Positions 57,853-64,000 of a stretch of DNA of 64,000 nucleotides are shown in pieces. Numbering within the stretch: position 1 is the first letter of the stretch; every line of letters begins with the position of its first letter. Location: positions 192,001 to 256,000 of IMG/VR virus record IMGVR_UViG_3300038443_002533; one strand, written 5' to 3'. This DNA comes from a virus (taxonomy: Duplodnaviria > Caudoviricetes). The position numbers and the translations under genes are program-made. The notes beneath the pieces were generated by a model, which did no database searches, was not told the origin of the DNA, and saw only the letters and a list, made by a program, of their open reading frames with translations.

Positions 57853-60117
57853 TTAGAACTGTTGTTTAATGACCACTTGGGCACCGGGTCCCACAGTTAC
57901 CGGTGTGCCATTGGCGGAATAGGCTACAGTGACAACTTGTTCTGCCACATAATTGCCAGCGGTGGCCGCAGGGGCCCCTGGGAAGGTCACCCCCAGCGCT
58001 TGGAACGGTGCCGAAGCAACCCCTGGGGTGGACGGATTGTAGATCGCCGTCCCCGGTGCAGTGGGGTTGTAGTTGGCATTCCCCGGCATGACCGGATTGT
58101 AATTCGCCGTTCCTGGACTGGTCGGGTTGTAATACGCCGTGCCCGGGGTGGTCGGATTATAATTGGCCGTACCAGGTGTCGCTGGGTTGTAATACGCATT
58201 GCCAGGTGTCGACGGGTTGTAACTGGCATTTCCGCCCGTGGGGGAGTTATAGTTCGCCGTCCCATCCGCGGTTGGGTTGTACCCGGTGTAACCCGGATTG
58301 GTGTACGCGGGCGCGTAACTTCCCGGGTTGGTGTTACCCGGTACATACGACGGTGGGTTCGACACGTTGTAGCTCGTGTAGCCCGGGGTATACGTACCCG
58401 GGTTGGTCGTACCCGCATCCAGAATACATTCGATGGTCTGGACGTAGTTCTGGTTACCTTCGTAGTTCGGCGGGTTGGTCCACGCATAGGCCCAGCCAGT
58501 CGGACAGGTCTCCTGCATCTGTATTTCGGTGTACTGCGCATCCGTGTTCACGTTACCCGGGGTGTACGTCGGCGAATACGTGACCGGGTTACCGGGTGCG
58601 TACGAACCTGGGTTGGTATTGCCCGGGGTGTACGAAGCTGGCACGTAGTTACCTGGCACGGTGTAGCTGTTGCCTGGGGTCGGTGGGTTGTACCCACTGA
58701 TGTTGCCCGGTACCACGGGGTTGGTACCCGCATAGTTGCCTGGCGTGGCAGGGTTATAGCCGGAGACATTCCCCGGTTGATCCGGGTTGTAGCCCGATAC
58801 GTTCCCTGGCGTCGCAGGATTGGTCCCGGCATAATTGCCCGGGCTCGGCGGATTGTAGCTGGCCAAATTACCACCCGTCGGCGAGTTGTAATTGGCGATG
58901 TTCCCCGGGGTTGGCGGGTTGTACGCGATGTTACCCGGCGTCGGTGGGTTGTAATACGCGTTGCCCCCCGTCGGTGGATTGTAGTTCGCGGTACCACCCG
59001 TGGTCGGGTTATACGTCGGATTACCACCCGATGGCGGTGTCCCAGGGTTGGTCACTACGTTGCCCGGTACGACCGGGTTATAACCAGCGATGTTACCCGG
59101 CGTCGGGCTGTTGTAGTTGGCGTTACCGCTGATGGGCGGATTATAGTTGGCCGTACCGCCGGTGGTGGGGTTATAGCTGGTATTACCCGGAGTGTAGCTC
59201 GGCGAGTTGCTGTAGCCGGGGCTATACGTACCGGGGTTGGTGTAGTTGGTCGAGGCCGTGTACGTACCCGGATTGTAGTACGCTGGCGTGTAGCTGCCAG
59301 GATTGGTGGCTGGGTTGCCGGGGGTGGTATACGCCGTGTTGTAGCTCGTGTTGCCGGGCGTATAAGTCCCAGGGTTGGTGTTACCCGGCACGTAGATATC
59401 GCAAACTTTGTGTGGTTTACCCAAGTCGTCGTAGGTGTAACCCGCGAAGGTCCAGCCCGATGGACACGGAATGAATCCACCAGGACCATACCCCGTCGTG
59501 ATTTCGTCATCGTAGCCTGCGTTGGTGTTACCCGGGGTGTACGTGGCCGGATTGGTGTAGGCCGTACTCGGCACATACGTCGGTGGATTGGTATATGCCG
59601 TCCCTGGGGTATAACTCGCAGGTACCAAGTTCCCGGGCGTGTAACTGGCCGGATTCGAGGCCGGGTTCCCAGGCGAATAGCTCGGCGGTACGTAGTTGCC
59701 CGGGGTGTACGTGCCAGGGTTGCTGTACGAATTCCCCGGTACCACGGGATTGTAGCTGGCCACATTTCCAGGTGAACCAGGATTGTAGTTAGCGACTGTC
59801 CCGGGGATGGTGGGGTTGTAATACGCGGTACCCGGGGTGGTGGGGTTGTACACCACATTGCCGGGCACCACGGGATTATACCCTACGACGTTGCCAGGCG
59901 AAACCGGGTTGTAGCCGGCGATGTTACCGGGGGTGGGAGGATTATACTGCGCGTTACCGCCCACCGGCGCATTGCCTGGCGAACCGGTCCCGGATACGAT
60001 GACGTGAAATTTACCATATGGCAAGGACACCATCCCCGGGGCATTGAACACCGAGGTATTGGGTACGATCCTAGCATTGGTCTTTTCACGCCTGAGTTTA
60101 GTAGTAAGCCGACTCAT
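57853..60117 (-). CDS. Pro/Asn/Tyr/Gly/Thr repeat protein, probable virion fibre or appendage
   Basis: Dozens of YNPxxPG 10/11-mers and YTPG/TNPG 5-mers; two CPxGW...C inserts; short non-repetitive termini. Confidence 0.8.
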   Translation of the reverse strand: MSRLTTKLRREKTNARIVPNTSVFNAPGMVSLPYGKFHVIVSGTGSPGNAPVGGNAQYNPPTPGNIAGYNPVSPGNVVGYNPVVPGNVVYNPTTPGTAYYNPTIPGTVANYNPGSPGNVASYNPVVPGNSYSNPGTYTPGNYVPPSYSPGNPASNPASYTPGNLVPASYTPGTAYTNPPTYVPSTAYTNPATYTPGNTNAGYDDEITTGYGPGGFIPCPSGWTFAGYTYDDLGKPHKVCDIYVPGNTNPGTYTPGNTSYNTAYTTPGNPATNPGSYTPAYYNPGTYTASTNYTNPGTYSPGYSNSPSYTPGNTSYNPTTGGTANYNPPISGNANYNSPTPGNIAGYNPVVPGNVVTNPGTPPSGGNPTYNPTTGGTANYNPPTGGNAYYNPPTPGNIAYNPPTPGNIANYNSPTGGNLASYNPPSPGNYAGTNPATPGNVSGYNPDQPGNVSGYNPATPGNYAGTNPVVPGNISGYNPPTPGNSYTVPGNYVPASYTPGNTNPGSYAPGNPVTYSPTYTPGNVNTDAQYTEIQMQETCPTGWAYAWTNPPNYEGNQNYVQTIECILDAGTTNPGTYTPGYTSYNVSNPPSYVPGNTNPGSYAPAYTNPGYTGYNPTADGTANYNSPTGGNASYNPSTPGNAYYNPATPGTANYNPTTPGTAYYNPTSPGTANYNPVMPGNANYNPTAPGTAIYNPSTPGVASAPFQALGVTFPGAPAATAGNYVAEQVVTVAYSANGTPVTVGPGAQVVIKQQF

Positions 60118-60136
60118 GCTGTGGTACCTTTAGTAG

Positions 60137-61369
60137 TTAGCGCGGATTGGCGTTCGACATCGAGCCCGTCCAAGTGACCATGTTATCGTCCGAGACGAAA
60201 TACCACAGGTCTTTGGCACCGGCCGAGGTGGTGCGTGGGGGCGGCGCACCGTCAACCCACTTGACGTTGTTGGGCCAAGCGATGGCGTAAGCGTTGCCGC
60301 TGTTGTCGTTGACCGTGGTGACGGCGAATTCCACCACCTTACCGGTCATGTCCCCGACACGGCTGGTGTCAAACCCGATCGAACCATTGCCAGCGATCGT
60401 GATGGTGAAGGCTTCCGCTTGGGAAATATCCACCGCCATGGTACTGGTCATATTCAACGCCACCAGATTTTGTGAACCGAGGCCACTGAATTGCGGCCGC
60501 AGGCTGTTGGCTTTCTTGCTCAGCGCGGTATTGATGGCATTGATCGAGCCTTGCAGCTTTTCAAACGCCATCAACACCGTATCGCCTTCCGCCAGACTGT
60601 CCGCCACCAGATTGGCCAGATTGGTCAGGTGCGTGCTCAGCACCCGGTCTTCAGTGAAGTACTTGTTGGTATTGCCTTCGCGGACTTGGTCGGTGTTGGC
60701 GGCAAAGCCGTCCAGAGCCAATTGAATCGCGAGGGACATCTCCGCCTTGGTCGGTACATTGAGTTGACTCGCCGACACCCCGTGTGGGTTTTCGTGGTCA
60801 GCGATGTGCAGCACCATGGCATTGCTGGCTTGGGTCAGGATCGCATCGACGATGCGGTTGATCGCATCCACCACATCCTTCATACCGACCATGTCTTGCA
60901 GATTCCAAGCATGCGGCACCGGTGGGAATACGTTCGGGTAACCGGCGACCATGTCCCAGCTGGTGGTGCGCGGGTTATGCACTTGGTCTGCCAGCAGCGC
61001 CGTGATGGTGGCTGCGTCCAGCGTCCATTCACCACCGATGGTTTGGTATTGATTGAAGATCAGCGTGCCGACCAGTTCCGTATTCAGGATCGTGATCGAC
61101 CCGTAGATCGGGTGCATACAGGCGCGCGAGGCGCCGATGAATTCGTGGGAAAAGTAGTAATCCACCCCCTGCACCAGCGGCCGAATATCGCCTTGCAACG
61201 TCTTGAAGCTGAGCGACATGCTCTCGCCAAAGAACGGCGCGAGTTTCGGGATCACGAAGGTATAAGCGGCACCGGCACCCGTGAGTGCCTGCAATTCGCC
61301 CTGGATGCGGTTAGCGGGAAGCTGACCCGTCGGATCAAAGGCATAAGTCGGATTGGCTAAGGTGGTCAT
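60137..61369 (-). CDS. phiKZ-like tail fibre / virion structural protein
   Basis: Y.FDPTG...NRI..E N-terminus, PP..H.W, ADHENPH; C-terminal beta domain like 53959. Confidence 0.75.
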   Translation of the reverse strand: MTTLANPTYAFDPTGQLPANRIQGELQALTGAGAAYTFVIPKLAPFFGESMSLSFKTLQGDIRPLVQGVDYYFSHEFIGASRACMHPIYGSITILNTELVGTLIFNQYQTIGGEWTLDAATITALLADQVHNPRTTSWDMVAGYPNVFPPVPHAWNLQDMVGMKDVVDAINRIVDAILTQASNAMVLHIADHENPHGVSASQLNVPTKAEMSLAIQLALDGFAANTDQVREGNTNKYFTEDRVLSTHLTNLANLVADSLAEGDTVLMAFEKLQGSINAINTALSKKANSLRPQFSGLGSQNLVALNMTSTMAVDISQAEAFTITIAGNGSIGFDTSRVGDMTGKVVEFAVTTVNDNSGNAYAIAWPNNVKWVDGAPPPRTTSAGAKDLWYFVSDDNMVTWTGSMSNANPR

Positions 61370-61463
61370 GTAAGGCCTTCAAAGAGGTCAAGGGTGATGC
61401 CGGATCATCCTATGCTAAGGTCCCGGCGACTATATAATTTCTCAAAAGAAGGATAAGTTCATC

Positions 61464-62708
61464 ATGTACCAACTCGTTTCCGCCCTGGTTAAACCGCTTG
61501 GCACGAACAGTCGGTGGCGCGCCATGGGTATTGATAACATGCCCTTGTCGGCCCTGTTTAACGATTTCAGCCGGGTGATTGCGATCTTGAGTAATCCGGT
61601 CCTCACCCACCAAGTCAGTCTGGACATGGAATCCTTCCGCGCTGACCTCGGCAGCTCGTCCCTGACCTTCAATGGTTGGCTGGCCAGTCAAGCCGATTTG
61701 GCTTTGCCCACTTCGGATTCCATCCCCACCATCAATACCCGTTACGCCCATTTCTCGGATGCGGTGCGCTCGGGCTTTAAGATCACCCCAACCCATCCCA
61801 CTATCGCACCCGATTCTCCCTTGCCGGTAGGTGACAAGACCCACGTCCTGCTGACCCGGGACGGGGAAGATTACGAACTCATGTATAAGCATTGCTTGGT
61901 CAATGTGAATGGGTTCTATCATCAAACCGATTACAGCACCGAAGGTTTGTATGTCACCGATGGCATGAAGACGTGCCTGAAGTCAGGTCGCAATGAACTG
62001 GGGTTGTTGTCGTTCTTGAGTCTCGGTGAACTGAGCTTCATGGCGATCACCGACGACATGATTTATACCCATCGACCGGAACAGCAACTGCGCTTTAACT
62101 GTTACGTGAAGACCGGGCAAGATCTGTCGAACAAAACCGTGATGCTGGTGTTGGGCGGGTATCTGCATCTGCTGGATGATCGGACGTTTTACCGCACCGG
62201 CCCCGGTTCATTCGGGATTGACTTCGATCAGATTCCGTTGATCGAACGTTACTACGAGTCGCACAAAGTCATCGACTTCGACAGTCTGAATGTGGAAACC
62301 GCTCCCACCAATCCGGACCAGGTGAGTGTGAACAGTCTGTACAGTGATGCGGTGCTCCGTAAGTACCTGCAACTGTCGCAGAGCTTCCTGGTGGTGCTCG
62401 ATAACACTGACATCTTCACGGATCGGGTCGAACTGCGCCAATCCCCGCTGATCGGGGTGTACACCTCGATGACTTCGCCGATCTACCCCCTGTTGCTGGG
62501 TCGTGGCCGGCATGAAGTGTTCTGGCCGCGCAAGGAAGCCGATCGGTATTCGATCAATACCACGGCGGCTTGGGAAGGGCATCGCAACTTCGATACCACA
62601 GTCACCAAGGACTTGGTGTCGGTAAGTGATGCCAATATCGTCTCGCTCGGGTTTCGCAACTCGCAAGCGTGTCTGCAATTGATCGGCAGCGACATCTATA
62701 CGGCTTAG
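61464..62708 (+). CDS. phiKZ-like virion structural protein
   Basis: MYQLVSA, HCLVNVNG.YH, LVLGGYLH motifs. Confidence 0.7.
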   Translation: MYQLVSALVKPLGTNSRWRAMGIDNMPLSALFNDFSRVIAILSNPVLTHQVSLDMESFRADLGSSSLTFNGWLASQADLALPTSDSIPTINTRYAHFSDAVRSGFKITPTHPTIAPDSPLPVGDKTHVLLTRDGEDYELMYKHCLVNVNGFYHQTDYSTEGLYVTDGMKTCLKSGRNELGLLSFLSLGELSFMAITDDMIYTHRPEQQLRFNCYVKTGQDLSNKTVMLVLGGYLHLLDDRTFYRTGPGSFGIDFDQIPLIERYYESHKVIDFDSLNVETAPTNPDQVSVNSLYSDAVLRKYLQLSQSFLVVLDNTDIFTDRVELRQSPLIGVYTSMTSPIYPLLLGRGRHEVFWPRKEADRYSINTTAAWEGHRNFDTTVTKDLVSVSDANIVSLGFRNSQACLQLIGSDIYTA

Positions 62709-62711
62709 ACG

Positions 62712-62751
62712 GCATAGTCTCCAGCTACCCTACGGGGTAGCTGGAGTATGC
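62712..62751. terminator. bidirectional CATA-hairpin-TATG terminator
   Basis: GCATAGT-CTCCAGCTACCC-TACG-GGGTAGCTGGAG-TATGC between convergent genes. Confidence 0.75.
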
Positions 62752-63009
62752 TCACGTTGAGGTGGTGGAACCGGTGCCGATAATGGTCGCCCCGCAGCCG
62801 GCTTTATCGCCACTGCGGATAATCCCTTTGCCATTGGCCGACGAACTGCCGGTTGCGGTGATCGGGGTGGTGCCATGCCCATGAATCGGGCATTGGTGCA
62901 AATCCCCATCGATCACGCCCGCGATCCCATCTACGGTGAATCCACCCGAGGCTTGGATGATAGTGCCGCCATGGTCGCTCTGGTCACCCAGCTTTGCGAT
63001 ATTGCTCAT
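62752..63009 (-). CDS. PAAR-domain spike tip protein
   Basis: A.LGD..DHGG.I, HQCP.HG, GD...CGA.I. Confidence 0.9.
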   Translation of the reverse strand: MSNIAKLGDQSDHGGTIIQASGGFTVDGIAGVIDGDLHQCPIHGHGTTPITATGSSSANGKGIIRSGDKAGCGATIIGTGSTTST

Positions 63010-63021
63010 GCTGATCCTCCG

Positions 63022-63948
63022 TTATGCCAACGCCACACCGTGACTGATCTTCACGCCATTACCATCGATGTCGATGTGCCCGCCGGCTTTCTCACTGATG
63101 GTGCCGCTGGCGTTGAGGTTATACGTTCCGGTGCTTTCCTTCAGACTGTCGCTGGCGTTGACTTCATACGCTTTGGTGGATTCGGTGATACTGTCGCCCG
63201 AGGTGATCTTCACCGTCTCGCCGATTTCTTCCACCTTGTTCTTGGCACGCAGCGTATACGTTTCCGGCACTTGGATGGTGAGGTTCTTTTTGTTGAGATC
63301 CATGTAGCAATCATCGGCGTTCTTGGCTGCGATCTGGCGTTCTTGCGAATCGAACAAAATGAAATTGCCCACGTCGTCGGTGATTTGAATCCGACCGTCT
63401 TTGGCATTGATCTCAATGTCATACATGCAGAATTCGCCATTGGCTTTGCTGGTATGAAACCGTACCGCCCCACGGTGAGTCGAGATCTCAAAGAAGTAGT
63501 AACTCTCGCCATCGACTTCCGCACCTTCTTTCTGGGTGGCACTCCAGGCGTAGATCACGGTTTCCAGTTTGCGCAGCTTCATGTCATCCAACAGCGTGGT
63601 CCAGAAGAACTCGTTGCGGTCGGCGAAGCGGTACAGCACCACTTGGGCGCCACGACGGACATCCGGCGCCGTAAAGCGGTTGTCATTGCCAAGCGGAATC
63701 CACGTGGCTGGGACGCTGTTGGCCGTGGTGGTTTGGACACTGGTGACTCCACCCGTACTGTCAGTCAGACTGGCGGTATCGGTCACGATGCCCGATTTGA
63801 CTTCACCGTCCAATAACGTCAGGTCTTCAACCGGCGTGATTTCCACCACCCGATTGGGTTTCCCATCAGGACCGGTCAGCTTCTTATTCTCCGCGACGAT
63901 CCCGTAGGAGTAAAACTTCAATTCGGATGCTTGGCCTGCCAGTGGCAT
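63022..63948 (-). CDS. baseplate central spike protein (gp5/VgrG-like)
   Basis: OB-like N-terminus (APDVRRG..V), beta-repeat C-terminus; adjacent to PAAR. Confidence 0.75.
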   Translation of the reverse strand: MPLAGQASELKFYSYGIVAENKKLTGPDGKPNRVVEITPVEDLTLLDGEVKSGIVTDTASLTDSTGGVTSVQTTTANSVPATWIPLGNDNRFTAPDVRRGAQVVLYRFADRNEFFWTTLLDDMKLRKLETVIYAWSATQKEGAEVDGESYYFFEISTHRGAVRFHTSKANGEFCMYDIEINAKDGRIQITDDVGNFILFDSQERQIAAKNADDCYMDLNKKNLTIQVPETYTLRAKNKVEEIGETVKITSGDSITESTKAYEVNASDSLKESTGTYNLNASGTISEKAGGHIDIDGNGVKISHGVALA

Positions 63949-64000
63949 AGCGCCTCCTTAAAATGAAAAATGATTACGGCTGTGTATGTTCTGTAAAAGA

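Noticed and set aside
57388-59775. 795-aa + strand ORF rich in R/V/G
   Set aside because: It is the antisense reading of the repeat gene, and its repeats simply mirror the Pro/Asn/Tyr codons.
57853-60117. CRISPR array or RNA Pol II CTD (YSPTSPS) mimic in the repeat region
   Set aside because: The repeats are degenerate at the DNA level and in frame, with no spacer structure. The period is 5 or 10-11 aa, not 7, and Ser is scarce.
62752-63948. PAAR + VgrG-like genes as a type VI secretion system
   Set aside because: These are normal myophage tail-spike components in a phage structural context.

Overview
This window is a 64 kb segment of a phiKZ-like (nucleus-forming, Chimalliviridae-type) jumbo phage genome. 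The host cannot be read from the sequence. The conserved core (16.1-41.5 kb and 52.5-64 kb) carries two internal-head-protein paralogues with S/A/G-x-E protease sites, an SF2 helicase, a DnaB-like helicase, the major capsid protein, a non-virion RNAP beta-like subunit, the portal, baseplate/virion proteins, a RuvC-like resolvase, spanin/holin-like genes, a CYTH protein, a transglycosylase, tail-fibre genes, PAAR and a spike. Two accessory blocks (1-15.7 kb and 41.9-52.5 kb) consist of small + strand ORFs. They have phage early-promoter motifs (TTTCACGTCTATATCACT), A/C-rich leaders and a family of CATA-hairpin-TATG elements. The most notable items are: (1) a translationally coupled array of 10 genes at 5.7-13.6 kb with unrelated N-termini and a shared C-terminal module ending R-x-I-R-A-A-K-D-L-F; (2) a late operon pairing a 754-aa mirror-symmetric Pro/Asn/Tyr repeat protein, which has two Cys knobs, with a 2OG-Fe(II) oxygenase and two DUF6065-like genes; (3) a ~320 nt structured non-coding RNA candidate at 15.7-16.0 kb with RNase P-like motifs; (4) a cluster of apparent host-regulator mimics (stand-alone CapW/BrxR-type wHTH, tandem RNAP alpha-CTD, orphan antitoxin). 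All family assignments come from motif recognition by eye and recall; no searches were run.
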